Source: the human T2T-CHM13v2.0 reference genome, Homo sapiens
DNA: 64,000 bases
Direction: 5' to 3' (one strand)
Assembly: GCF_009914755.1 (NCBI RefSeq)
Contig: NC_060932.1
Notes under the pieces: model-generated
Seen by the model: only the letters and a program-made list of their open reading frames with translations
Databases searched by the model: none
What the model was told of the DNA's origin: nothing
Translations under genes and position numbers: made by a program
In this document: positions 1 to 14,150 of the stretch, piece by piece
Layout of the letters: the number at the start of each line of letters is the position of its first letter
Numbering within the stretch: position 1 is the stretch's first letter

Positions 1-538
1 ACTTCCATTTATTGCTATGGGAATGTGAAATGGTGCAGCCACTTAACTACAGTTTGGTAGTTTTTAAAAAAAAAAACAACTAAACCTACTCTTATCATAC
101 TATCCAACATTCATGCTCCTTGATATTTACCCAAATGTGTTTGCCTACACAGAGATGTTTATAATAGCTTTATGCATAATTGACAGAATTTGGAAGCAAC
201 ATGATGTTCCTCAGTAAGTGAATACATCTAGACAACTGCATATTATTTAGCAGTAAAAGACATATGCTATGAAACCTTTAAAGACATGGAGGAACCTTCA
301 AATGCATATTAGTGAATGAAAGAAGCCAATCTGAAAAGATGACATAGTGTATGTTTCCAACTGTATGACATTGTGGAAAAAGGCAAAACAATAAAAAGAG
401 TAAAAAGATCAGAAATGTACCACTCTGGTGCAATATGTTGATAGTTGGGGCAGGAGTAGGGGTATATGGGAACTCTTTGTACCTTCTGCTCAATGTTCTT
501 GTAAAGCTATAACTTCTTAAAAAAAATCTGTTAAAAAA
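1..538 (+). mobile_element. Old LINE-1 3' end (L1MC-like)
   Basis: ggaatgtgaaatggtgcagccact...gacatggaggaaccttcaaatgcatattagtgaatgaaagaagccaatctgaaaag...ggaaaaaggcaaaac resembles an L1MC 3' UTR; ends in an A-rich tail. Confidence 0.8.
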
Positions 539-780
539 ATCCCAGGATAATCAGAAATGAGGTGCCTCAGAGATGTTTTCCCGAGGTCTAATTTGTTACC
601 CCTTTTCTACGCTAAACACCCTATTGTAAGGTTGGAGTGATTGCATTTGTTTACTTTGATTTTATTCATGAGTTTAGTGTGTTGCTTTCTATGAAGTGTA
701 TGTTGATGTAAAATGACTGTTTCTAATTTTCATTTGGAAGGCTGAGTATGATACCTGAATGTCAGTATTATAAAAATTGG

Positions 781-1148
781 TGTATTCCATTTCTAGGGTT
801 TTCACAAGTTACTACAAAGTTGACGTACAAAAATATCCTCTCATAGTTCTGGAGCCTAAAAACCCAAAATCAAGAAGTCAGCAGGGTTGGTTTTTTCTGG
901 AGGTTCTGAAGGAGAATCTGTTCAAGGCCTCTCTCCTATATTCTGGTGGCTGTCAGCCATCTTTAGTGTTCCTTGGCTTGGAGATGCATTGCTCCAATCT
1001 CTGCCTTCAGCTTCATGTGTCTCATCTTGAGATCTTTTGCTCAATTACATCTGCAAAAATCCTTTTCTAAATGAGCCAGATTCATTGATATTGGGGGTTA
1101 GGACTTAGACATACTTCTTTTTGAGAAGCCATCATTCAACCTACTACA
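781..1148 (-). mobile_element. MaLR solo LTR (MLT1C-like)
   Basis: TG...CA termini (tgtatt...ctactaca); ctcatagttctggagcc, ggagaatctgttc, ccttggctt, ctccaatctctgcc and attacatctgcaaa are the reverse complement of MLT1 LTR blocks. Confidence 0.85.
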
Positions 1149-3268
1149 ATCAGTATTAATATCCTGTCCCACAATATGATATCAATATATTACTCTCTCC
1201 AAACAGCTTGCTTATATGACTATGCTTATGGGAGGAACAACAGCAACAACAAAAACACACAGTAAAATTAAAAAACATTTCTTTTCAAGCCAAGATTCTT
1301 TTTCCTTCCCTTGCACTCTTTTAAATTGAAAGAGTATACATTTTAAAATCAGAACAAACTAAAATAATATTTATGTTCATAAGATTTTTTTCACAGACAA
1401 GAATATCCTAATCATCTATATGGAATCATATATTTTATTTTTTGCCTTCCCCAAATTATACAAACTCATTATTTCACATTTATGTAAGTAATAAACTTTA
1501 GGATTTAATTAGACAAGCTGCATCACCACTATTATCTATTTCTCTTGGTTATCATTTTATACTTTATACATTTTTAACAATGACATCTCAGGAGTGCCCT
1601 ACTGTCAGGATTTCTATCATACCCTATTGTATTGTATTAGTCTTCTAGAAAACCCTCCTAAACTTCACATAATAATGGAAATTAACTATAAAATAAAAGG
1701 AAAAATTATCAAATATTCTTTGGCTCTAACTGTGCTTTTAAAAGTTACACTGGTAAGTAAATATCTCAGCAGAGTCATCATACAAACAGGGTTATAACTT
1801 AGTTTTGAGTTTAAATAATCGATTTTTTCTCTCTTTTTTTCTTATTCTACTTTTCAGCACTATCGCCATAATACAAGGCAGGAAAAGTATTAAATTCACT
1901 GTAGGAAATGAGCCTTCATTTTGTTCTTTTAAATAATAGGCTTATAACTATGCAGGACAAACCCTCCCTGACACTGACAACTTTAAAGCATCTCTCTCTC
2001 TCTCCATCTTTAGCTGAAGGAAGGAAAGCCATGGTTATTGATGTATATGAAATTCTGGGAAAGAAGTGGAGCTGGGGAAAACATGCATTCTGTCTAATCC
2101 CAGTTAGGGGACCAATTTGCAGTGTGCCAATTTCCATACAGATGGTTGTATTCATTCCTCTGCTTTGATTATTTGCCCAGTTGCAAAACCACATACACAT
2201 ACACGTTGCTTGGATTTAGTCAATGATGAGGTCTGAATATTGCTGGAATGAAGAATGGATTGGATAAGTATTTGGATGTCATTATATTTGTCAGTGGGCT
2301 ATTCAGGAGACCTAAGTTAGCTATGATTGCTCTTCCTTATCATCAAAAAACTACTCTGAGTGTGTCACCATGCGGTGGAAGGAAGATACAAAATTAGAGA
2401 AGAGAATACTATTAGTGATTTAATAATATTATACTCCAAATAAAGCAGCTACGTATTTTCATCTGTTTTAGAATATGATCTGACAACACTGTGAAGAGTT
2501 TTGTTTTTTTTTTTCCTTTAGGGATTCTGGAAAACCTTGAGGATCCAATGTAAAGTCAGTTAGATTGAGGAAAGAGCACAGGTGCGAAGGAGGTCTAAAT
2601 TCCCAATAGAATTCTCTTGGACAAAGTTTCAGATGAAACTACCTTAGTAAATGCAAGATTCTATAATTACATTTAATGAGGTTTTTAAAACACATAATAT
2701 GCATGCTCCAATTAGCTCAAATTAAATGTGAATTTCCTGAGATGTCTGTGGATTGCAATGGATCTAAGTCTATCCTGTTATGACAGAAAATTAGTAACTG
2801 AAAATATATAAGTAAAGGTAACAAGAGACCCTTACCTGATAGTGAATGATTATCCAATATATACACTAGTTAGTGGGCCAAAATCAGCTTTTTTTTTTTT
2901 TTGAGCAGTATCAAAACTCTAATACATAGTCTTCCATATACTAAAAATTTTAGTTTGGTTCAGTCCTTACATTGTTTACTCCTAAAAAAAATTACTTTTT
3001 CCTTAGGAAAAATTTTCATGAACCTCTTTACACTTTTATTAAACCAGGTCTGTCTCTTTTTTTTATTCATCCAACAGATTCAAACTAAGCAGTATGATTG
3101 TTTATGTGAATGTTTCCAATAGTGACTTATAAACTCCTTTGAGTCAAGACTGTGACTTAATGCATCCCTCTAAATTCAGCATTTTGCACTCTGAACATAG
3201 AAGCATTTAAAACTAGATGGATAAATAATACATAGTAAGACAGCAAGATGGCAAGATATAGATGATAC

Positions 3269-3270
<2 letters not shown>

Positions 3271-3316
<46 letters not shown>
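3271..3316. repeat. (AGAT)11 tetranucleotide microsatellite
   Basis: Eleven perfect AGAT units at 3271-3314, preceded by degenerate gatatagatgatacat. Confidence 0.97.
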
Positions 3317-3478
3317 TTAATAGGGTAAAAAGAGAATGAAAGAGAGACAGATGTTTTGGGTGTCACCTTTTAAGAGAGGTGGCAAAACTAAAAAAATACA
3401 CAGAAGAAAAGGAGGATGGGGGTCTTGAAATAATATCCAATGGTGATAACTTTATGACACTGTTGGACGAGACTTTAA

Positions 3479-3775
<297 letters not shown>

Positions 3776-6093
3776 AGTTTACCTTGTGTGTGATTTGCTC
3801 AAAAGTAACACATCTTATGTTTGATATATTTTTGATATTCAGGACCCACAAATGGCAGCATCACATAATAAACTTAGTCCTCCACACTCCTGTGGACTTT
3901 AAGGAAAGTCATGAGATTCAATAATAACTGAGAAACCCTCTCCCATGTCTTTGAAATCTGAATTATATTCTAACTCAAGACAGTCCCAAATAGGGACCTG
4001 CATGTTTTCTCATGTTATGATTGTTGGAACTCTTCACAGTGGTTAGGCTTATAAAGTCTAGCATAATGGAGTCACTACTTCAGTGCAGTTAAAAAGAATA
4101 ATGTTCATGCTTTTAAGATGAATGGCTAATCACCTCTGATAAGTGTGCGTGCACTTATTAACTGATTTAAAATTTTGCTTTTATGACACCTGTACTGCCT
4201 CACCAAGAAGGTAAAATCAAATGAATCACGCAAACAGATAAAGGTCAAATGATAAAAGCAATGCTAAAAAATTATTAGGATAAATCTAGTTTTGTCAGGG
4301 CCACATTTAATGAGGTAGCATTAATGGTATTATGTTTTTAAGCAAGAGCTAATGTGCAATTTCATTTTTTAAAATTACCTAGGACATATTGTTTCTGAAC
4401 CGTTAACTTTTTTTTTTTTTTAGTATTTAGATCACAACTCCTAACGGCTTAGGTATATTTTGACAGGTACTGACAAAGAATGCCATGGAATTGTGACTTG
4501 ATTGTCACCTTCAGAGTGTTCAAGCTGAAAAACTCAGGATGAGTGCTAGGTACTAATTAGAACTGTTATATTAGGAAAGCAAATACAATGGTGTCTAACA
4601 TTAAACAAAGCACAGTTCTCATCAAAAATGGTTTCTTTTGTGTGTGGGTTAGTCTATAAAGCCATTTTGCATGTTAATGAAGCACAAACAATTATTGCCA
4701 GAGTAACTAGTTTCGCGCAATTACAAAAATCACATAAAAGCCCTATTGTTTGTTGTCTTATGATTTTTTAATGCTAATTTTGCACTTGATAATTTCAAAT
4801 TCCATTTGTATCACAGTGCACAATTAGGTTTTTATATCTGTGAAGGTGAAGGCTAGTAATGGGAAAAATAACTCCTCATGTTAAAAGAAAAAGAAATAGT
4901 CATTTCCAGAATGAGAGGATCAGATAGACTGAAAAGATGGAGAAGAGTGATGAGGAGAATTTCCATCAAATGAAAAGATAACATTTATGTAGCTGAAACA
5001 ATGGGGAAGTCTAGATCATTTCCTATAGAAATTGTTGAGAGACAGAAACAGGGAATAGACAGACACTGGAGAGAACAGAAAAGAGTTCGGAAACAAAGGA
5101 AGACAAAGTATGGGGAGTAAATTAGAATTAAGACGGGTTTTATGATCAACAGCCACATAATACATGGTAAACCGGAGTACTAGCTGTTAAACCAGTGAGA
5201 TGAATGTATAAGTAAAAGCCCATGGAGACAATTAGTTGTCAAAACCGGTTAAGCAAAGAAATGTTGCTATCAAACAGTCAGTCCAAGCCCTAGTTGAAAT
5301 TAAAGAAAACCCTTTGCTAAAATGTTAATTGATGAACTTAATTGATGAAGAATTCTCTGTGATAACATGTGAAAGTGCCAGCATTGTGTTATGCATATTT
5401 GTCTCACATGAGTGCAAGGGAACTTACCCCTCAGACTTTGCCTTCAAATAACAAGATAACCTTTTATTCCAATAATGCAGATGGTTATCTGAATAAACAG
5501 TTTTTACCTAGAAAAAAATGTGAGAGATATGTGGCATAGTGTATTTAATTTGTTTATGAAGTGTCTTTTTAAACCACAAAGTGTTTGGGATGACTTTGAT
5601 TAGTGTTTGTTTACCTCCTGCAATGTTTACGAGAATTCTGATTTTCTTGTTCCTGTTGCTTCTCAGACAATGTGAGATATTTTGGGTAAACGTTTAGATT
5701 AAATGCTATCTTAGATGCTGTTGAATAGAACGCAGTGTTCAAAAGCTCAGAATTTATTTTTCAGTTAAAATGATTCTTTTTAGAAATTTACCATAATTTA
5801 AAGAATATACAATTTTTATAATTATTTTTCATATCACTATTTAAAATATTGGAAATATAATTAATGTGTTTGTGCTATCAGAATAAGACCTTCAAACCCC
5901 CAAACATTTTAACATAACTATCTTAGCTTAGCCATTTTTATGGCATCCTCATATTCTTACTCTCTTCCCTCTACTTCCTTGGCTGCAATTAAAAGCATTT
6001 CTCGGAGCATTAAGGTTTTCCAGTGGCATACCACTGTATGCTTTACCTTTTCTTCTTTTTCATGGGTTTTGTTACATTTACCAAAAATAAAAA

Positions 6094-6184
6094 ACGAAGA
6101 AGAAGAAGTAAAGATGAAAGATGAAAGGAAAGAAGAGAGAAAAAGAGGGAGGGAGAAAAGGAGGGAAGAAAGAAACGAAAGGAG
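6094..6184. repeat. GA-rich low-complexity tract
   Basis: Almost pure purine run (gaagaagaag...gagggagggagaaaaggagggaagaaag). Confidence 0.85.
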
Positions 6185-9100
6185 GCTTGGGGCAGAGTTT
6201 AAATTACGTTTTTACTCCAAAAGGCAAAGAAAATCCTTAGGGTTTTCCTTTTAGGTATTGATAGCACTGTTGCTTAACTTTGGCAAACATGTTAAGTCAC
6301 ATTCCTTAATAATTCGGAACTCTATAACAAATATTTATGGATTAATTATGTGCATTTTCAATGTAAAGGCTGTTTAAACTCTCCAGACAAATAATTAAAT
6401 CTGTTTTATGCAAACATGTTTGAGGCAAAAATAAGACTGCCTGTGTTTATTTAAATACATAACAAAACTGCCTCTCTTAATGAGAAAAATCATTTTATAT
6501 CATATGAAAATAATTGATGGCTAGATACAGTGTAATAATCTGGGGCTTACTTTCATAACTTATTGCTTTTGGTGTTTTAAAATATTTTTTTAAAATATTT
6601 TAAAAATTTACCTGCCTTATTTCCTAGATATTAAGAAAACTTACTTAGTATAAAATAATTATTCAGTAGTTCAGCAGTGTCACTAACAAGTCTAAAATAT
6701 AACTGAGTATGGGACATTAATAGTTTGGAAAGTCAGTAAACATTTTGAAGAATGCACAGTTAAATAGGCAATACAATAAATAATCATTCATAAAATGAAT
6801 CAGTTACAGAAAACATCACAAATCATTTTCATTGTAAATTAAAAGCCAGTAGTACATTTTTTTCAATATATTTTCTAAGCCTTTAGTTAAAACAGAGATG
6901 GTTAATGTTCACTGAAAGAATACCTACTTCTTAAATCATAAAATTATTTCTCTGTTCCAAATTTAAATGATAATTATGAAATAAAATATGAAATTATGAA
7001 GAAATCCCACTTAATCAAAAGAATATGCCCTTTCCTTCCCAAATTTAGTCCCTTGCTCTAAATTTGATTGTTTAATGCAGTATAAGAAAGCCACCACCCA
7101 GCCTAGCTAGGAAAATTGGAATGAGATTCCCTGTAGCATCTCTGTGTCTCGGTGGTTATCCCTTCCTCTCCATTACTGTTTTGTCTTCCTTGCTAGGGGT
7201 TCAAGAAACTTCCTTCAAATAATACTTGGTTAACAAATTTCTGGGAAGGAAATGCCATGTACAAGCTATCACCTCCACTTCTTTCTCTTTCTCTGCCACT
7301 TCCTCCTTCCCAAACTGCACACATCCAGGCTTTATGTCACTCCTTAATCTTTACAGGCCCAGGCCCTGGGAAGAAAACTCCCTTTGTCTCACCAATGCCC
7401 AATGCTGTGTGGCTGTTCTCTGGATGCATCCATTCCACAGCTGGGATGACTGGTCCTACTAGTTTATTTATGATGCAATCAGCTGCTATAAGAAGGTGAC
7501 CAGTAACTGCTATTCCATTGCATAAAAAGCCTTTTTAGCTCTATGTTATAAACATTTAAAAGTCTCTCTTTTACCCTTTTAGAAAAAGCCCCACAGGAGG
7601 TAGATAGAGGTCACTAGGAGTCTCTAATTCATCTACATTTATAGTAGGTGTTACAAGCTCTATTAGCAGAAAATGTATGACACTGAGACCTAAGTTTAAT
7701 GTTTTACTTAAAATATCTGCCTCTCTAGCTAATACCAGAAGCTGTGCCCATGATGGCTTGGTGGCATGTAGACACTTACAAGCAAAAGCTTCCCCTTTGA
7801 CAGAAACCATCAGTTGGAAAACTACTGTTGCAAAAATATTTGAGTACCAACCCAGAAAATCCTACCAAAGGAGATTTTTATTTTCCCAGAAGCTAGTACT
7901 AACAGTACACAATATTTTCTGCTAGTATGGACATTGGCATGCACTAAAATGGTGTATGGTAACCAGACATGTATGTATATTATCTTTTACTAATAGTTCA
8001 CCAGTGGAAATTATTTTGTACAGAGATAATAATATTTTTCCCACTGCACCAGGAAGAGTTTCCTAAAAGTAGCTACAGCGCAAATACTTCAACTTGGTAC
8101 CCTGAAAAATCTTGCCAAGTACTGCATACTAACTGACTTCATCCTGTAATTACAATGGCTTCCTTACTGGGCCCATTTCTTCTTCGGACACTGCCATCTT
8201 GTGAGTACTAAATACATCATCAGTGAGTCTCATTCTCATGTATTGCACTAATATATCACTGGAATGACAACTGCTTCTGATGATCTATTAATGCAATACA
8301 TCAGGGTGAGGTGTTTGAATGGAGTATTACTCAGACACCAGTGCTGTCTACACAAAGCAAGGTCCAAAATCCAATTTCATTTAATTACACAGAATTCATA
8401 GCATGCTAGCAGCAGACTAATACTTACTACCAAAATTCTGTCATCTCAAGAAAATAATTTGCATTCTCATTAGATTACCAACAAAAACTTTTCTTTTCCT
8501 GGAAATAGATATGTCTGGCAAGTCAGTGATTCAGATTCCATGAGCCCACCATTCCCTATGACACACAAGAATTATTTTGCAATCACCCATGAATAAAACA
8601 AATACCCTTTTTCCTATCCTGACTACTTCAATTCTATAGTTGTTAAAAAGGACATCAGATTTTCCCATCTGAAACACAATTTCTTTGGTAAACATACACA
8701 CGGCATTGAATGTTCTTTGTTCGTAGTCACTAGACACAGTGTAAACATTTGTACTTCTGTACATATTATATACAGAAAAAAAGAAGACGCAAGAAAAAAG
8801 CAGCTGAATTTGCTTTAGAGTCAGTTCTACTGCACTCTACGCATGTGTCATTTGTCATAAAGCACTCCCAGTCACTGTGTTCTTCATTTCTGTGTAAGAC
8901 ATGTCTATTTGTGTTTGCATAGCTTACCATGAAATTTAAATTGTGTAATCTATTGCTCTTGGATCATGTTATGAACAGGATTTTGGAATGTCTTTACAAT
9001 CAAATTTCAAAAAAAATGTAGCTGACCTTCATTAAAATAATTTTTTTTAGAAATTCAATTTTTGTCTTCAGTTTTTTTGTTGTTCAAGTTGGAATCCCTT

Positions 9101-9804
9101 GAGTGTTTTTCATGGTGTTTCATAATAATAATCTAATATAATCTAAATGAAACAGGTATCAAAATTTTACAGCATGAACCTCTAAATTTTTGGTTATGTT
9201 GCTCTCCATTAAAGCTGAGACCAGACAATAAAATAATATCACTGAATAGCATCATGGTTTATGACACAATTGAAGTCCAATTACAGAACACCCTCCTACC
9301 TATGTAATAGATTTTTCAAATAGACTCTTTTGTTTAAAAAGCATTTATCTATTGTTAATGTCTGTGGGGAATTCATCTTGGGGCTTATACTGAAGATAAA
9401 TGCAGGCATGTGAAGGTTTATGAAAAATGCTTCAGAAAGTGACATGTGGCCAGATATGTGTTGCCACAGTCCGCTTCACGTGTGGGGCAGTTCACTGTTT
9501 GCCTTGCATTTATTATATTTTATTATCATGTATTTTTCATTCTGTTATTAAGACCCTTTGATATTATATACTCTTAAATACCAAAATTCTGAGAGAAAAT
9601 CTGAAAATAAGGCAGTATGTATGTGTGTATATATCTATATATATACAATATTATATAGATAAAATGTAAAAAGAGTCACTTCAATATCAATTGCATACCT
9701 CAAACATGCATTTCATTTAAACTCAGGAAAAAAGTTAACAAATAATAATTAAAAACTACTCAATGAAATTCTATGCAAAGACGTTACAACCTCGTGGGCA
9801 GGGA

Positions 9805-9808
<4 letters not shown>

Positions 9809-9841
<33 letters not shown>
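9809..9841. repeat. (TG)16 microsatellite
   Basis: Perfect TG dinucleotide run. Confidence 0.97.
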
Positions 9842-9845
<4 letters not shown>

Positions 9846-10305
9846 CAGACAACAAAAGGAGAAAAACAATGGTAAATAATGCATGTCTTCTAGAAATATG
9901 GATTAATCAATCTAGTAAGAATCAGTGATAAGGCTTCCTGTCACCTAAAAAATGAATATAGATGTTTTTAAACATGTGAGTCTTTTATTTAAACATATAT
10001 TTCCTCAAAACTTACAGTTCTGTTTCCTTTTTAGTTTTCTCTACTTTTAACTAAAGGTTTTCTTGGTCTCAAGTCTCAAGATTTCCTTTATGTATATTTC
10101 TTTTAACAGTGCTCACAATTAATTTAATTTTTTAGCTCTAGTTAATTAAAGAGTTACCTTGAGATTTAGATGTACATAGCACGTGAATAATATCCAATGA
10201 TTGAAAAGAAGTTTGCTCATGATTTGTTCCATATGTTTTTTTTAATTTTTTAAAAATGGTCTTCTCTAGAACTTAATAACATTTTCCCATCTTTGCAACT
10301 TTTAG

Positions 10306-10430
10306 GTTGACCATCTTAAAACTGTAGTTCTGTACATGGTCAGGCACACATGAAAACCTTATCCCAACATGTTGACAGCATTGGGTTCATACAGGGAAAG
10401 TGCCTTCTGTGCTCTGAAGCCATGCTGGAA
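10306..10430 (+). other. Candidate 125-nt exon (likely non-coding transcript)
   Basis: Acceptor cattttcccatctttgcaacttttAG with a cttaat branch-like site upstream; donor GAA|GTGAGT. Confidence 0.25.
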
Positions 10431-10816
10431 GTGAGTTCATGGTGACAGATATCCCCTGTGCAGCTTCAGGATGTCATGAAAAAGGGGAAAAATGGCTGGA
10501 CTCCCATGACTCTGGAAGCACTCAGGGGCTGAATGCATTTGAATTATGACCAAGTCTGAATGGAAGAGTGGTCAGAAAGCCAAGAGCAATTACTTCAGCT
10601 TGCAAAATGTTTAAACAATATACTTCACAGGACAAATGCAGAGTCTTCATGTGCTGGGAAACTCTTAAAACTATATTTGGACAAAATTTGGTGAGGCTCT
10701 TTTCACAATCTATTGAGAGGAGCCAAAAGGGGAAGAGGAATTATTTGAGATGCCTGCCACATTTAGTCAGGAGTTTCTGAAACCCGAACCTCTATCCTAT
10801 GTCATCTTTGTTTCAG

Positions 10817-10864
10817 AAAGTCTGATTCGTTAACATTTCCCATCACCTTGGGAAGAAAGCTGAG
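10817..10864 (+). other. Candidate 48-nt exon (likely non-coding transcript)
   Basis: Acceptor gtcatctttgtttcAG and strong donor GAG|GTAAGT; sequence-only prediction. Confidence 0.3.
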
Positions 10865-13800
10865 GTAAGTAGCTTAATTTATAGATTGATGGAACAAAGT
10901 TATTTAAAAATTATCAGTATGTTATCATGAATCATGTAGGACTATTAAACTAATTGCTAAGTAAATTTAAGCAGTATTACAGTAGAATTCAGTAGAGTTT
11001 ATCATCAATCTGAAGAGATCTTTGGTGGTCTCATGCTGCCCCCCACAGATATGTCTCAGAACATTCATTATGCCATAATTACAAAGTCTCTTTGAAGAGG
11101 CTAAAAATCCCTAGACTCCTCTCATCAATTATTTTCACCTGTTAATTCATTTTGTGTGAGGTAATAACCTCAGCATAATAACAAATGTGCAAGTACTCCG
11201 ATTTTGCAATTAAAAGCAGCAGGGCTTCTATTTTGATCATACAGACTGTGACATCCATCATAGAAAACAATTTGGGCCTAGCAGGATGACAGATGCCGCA
11301 CTGATGGCTCTACTAACTAACTGCCTGTCCTAGAAAAAAAAAATGGTCGGGCTTCAGCCTGCAGCTGCAAGCTATCTGATAGCTTCTGACCAGTCAGCAG
11401 GACAAAGCCTGCAGTGACTAAATTACTGAAAGGTAATTTTACTTCACAAAATGAGGATTTCTGAGGCATAAACGTATGCATTCCAGTGGCTGCTGTAATT
11501 TGGAAACAAATAGCCCTTTTCATTTGAAAATGACTGGAATCACTGCCAGTGTTCAGGACATTTTGTTTCTCAGGCTTTTACATGAAAAATACAATGTAAT
11601 ACTCATTATTTCTGCCCCCATTCATATCTTATTAGACACAGAAGGCAAGGGGGTTATCTCTGCTCGCTTAGGCTAAATCTACACTAGGAAATTTTTTTTT
11701 TTTTCTCTCCAACCTCTGGATAGGTGCCTAAATAATAGAAGAGTGCTCATTTTTACCTTTCAGTTTGTATCAAGCACAGTGAGCTCTGTCTCAGAATTGG
11801 ATCCTGCTACCCCAGCTCATCTGAAAGACACCACACCTAACTCTCATCACACTAATGGGATGAGGGATGAAGCTGATTACCTTTACATCCTAGCTGTGAA
11901 AAGGGAATTAGATGCTAATAGATGCAGATAAAAGGTTTCTGCCTTTATTTTTAAAATCATAATATTTAGAGAGAGTTCATAAAACATGATATGCCTTTTC
12001 TTTTCACTTCAAAATTGAGTATTTGGAATTTTACTCTAGTCTTTATCGTAGTAATGATTGTCTTTTTTGGAGACATATGCTATTACATGATTGCCAATCT
12101 TGTAAAGACAATCATTCAAATGTAAGATTTAATGTTCATTAATTGAAAATATAAATATTATCATTATTACATTCAATGGGAAATGATCTCAATAGACACT
12201 GAGGGGCTTTGTGCAAACTAAATTCAGGGAATAGACTATGGAACATAGACCACTGAGTATAATAAAAGCAAACATGAAATGCAAAGAGAAACCATATTAA
12301 TGGAAATTGCTGTGTTTTTAGGATTATGGGTTCATATTTCTTCTGTGTGAAAGAAGATAACAAAGGATAAGGAAAAGACAAAATGGTAAGTGCGGGATGA
12401 ACTTTCTCAACTGCCATGTACCTTAAGACTAGAACATAGTCCTGTTTATGGTATTAACAGACCATAATGCTCACATTTTACACTTTGCCCCCACATTCCT
12501 TACAGACACACAAAGAAGGGCACTTGTTTGTTGGGGGAAAATCTACAGTTTCTTAGTCCATTGTGTCAGACTCATAAACCCTGTCAGCAAGAAGGATGAA
12601 TAAACAGTGAAAAGGAGTGATGCACTGGCTGCCAGAGAAACACGGAGCAAAAAAGGAGAATGCTTCATTTTCAACGCCCCAAACTGGAGTCTTCATAAAT
12701 ATTTTGAAAGCAGTCGAGGGTTGGACATGCTTTGATTTTCATTAGGGTAATCCCTTTACGTTTGCTATTAGTAAATCCTTTACACTTGTGCAAAATACCT
12801 CTGCATAAGGGAAAAAGTCTCTGTGAGCAGCCTAGGAAGTTACAATTACACAGTTCTTTTTATCAGAGACCACAATACAAAAATCAAATGAAAGAGACGC
12901 ATTCAAATAACTCAACTGCAATTACCCATCCCAGATCTTCTTTAATGGAATGCCAGGAGGACTTGGCCTTTATGCGTACGCTCTGACTGTAACTAATGCT
13001 CACTAGCCATCAACAAATTATGACTCGTGACACTTTTGCTGCCGCAGTATTAAGCCCAAAGTCCAATGTACAAAATATATGGTTTTTATTACAAAATTGT
13101 TCTTGTTTACAATTCTAATATCCTCTTCATTATCTACTTTTCCAGACATTTTAGGCAGTTCTGAAGACCTGGGGCAGCACTAGTTCTGTCATAAAGAGAA
13201 ATTAATGTTGTTAAAGTTGGCCTAGCTGCCCTCTGGGACAGCTGAAGATGTGAAAATATAAGCCTCTGTTTTTAAAATGAAAATGATTAAAGGCACAGAC
13301 ACCTTGCTCTTTGAACAGCCACTAAAACTTTTGGTAAAATACACAGGCACATACAAAATAACTGCTTTTCTTTTCCTTTCTATCAGTCATCATCCTCTCT
13401 CTCTCTCTTTTTCTCTCTCTCACATCCAACTTTGTTCAATCAGAAACAGCTTTCTTTAAGGACTAATAAGCATAAAAATGACCTCATTCATTATAAAGAA
13501 TGCATTCATTTCACCAGAAACTCACTCAAAAATGACCTGCTACAGAGAAACCAGAAGAGCGCTTTCTCCAAATAGTCAGTAAGCTAATTAGGAGTGCTCC
13601 AACAGGTAGCTCTTCATGAACTAGCAAGCTTAATTCAGCTTCCTAAAATCATTTAAAATGGCCTAGCAGTCTCCACAGTTGAAGGTATGCACCCTAGCTT
13701 GCATCTTTCAGGATTTTAAGAAGGGGTTTTATCAGAGGGAAGCAGGGAAGAATCAGCAAGTTGGTGGAGGTTACTCAGAATCCTCTAAGAGGGAGCCTAC

Positions 13801-14059
13801 CAAAGTGTCTTGAACAAAATGATTCATATGTCAGGAGAAAAATGGCAGGAAATCACTCAGAGGAATTGAACATGACCTTTGCCTCCCAAGGGCCAAAGAA
13901 GAGCAGTCAAGATTTCACCTCCCTGATCCTCCCAACCTTAGTCATTTCATCTGGTTAAGTGAATGCTATCAGAACAGAGTTTGAAAGTTAAGTAACATAT
14001 TCACTCTGCAAGTGCTCAAATTTTGTTATTTTATTTCAAGGAGTTTTGTATTTCCATGA

Positions 14060-14150
14060 TTTTTTCTCTGTCTTCCTCCCTCCCTCTCTTCCTTCCTTCT
14101 TCCTTCCTTCCTTCCTTGTCTTTATTTCTTCCTTCTTTTGTTTCTTTCCT
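14060..14150. repeat. CT-rich / (TTCC)n low-complexity tract
   Basis: cttcctccctccctctcttccttccttcttccttccttccttcc. Confidence 0.85.

Noticed and set aside
5325-5349. ttaattgatgaa tandem duplication (similar small ones near 40558 and 43059)
   Set aside because: Short slippage duplications are expected by chance in AT-rich DNA.
5940-6254. 104-aa ORF with an E/K/R-rich stretch
   Set aside because: The charged region is just the GA-rich low-complexity tract; no domain or splice context.
10975-11110. Possible L3/CR1 remnant (gaagagatctttggtggtc)
   Set aside because: Similarity too short and weak to call by eye.
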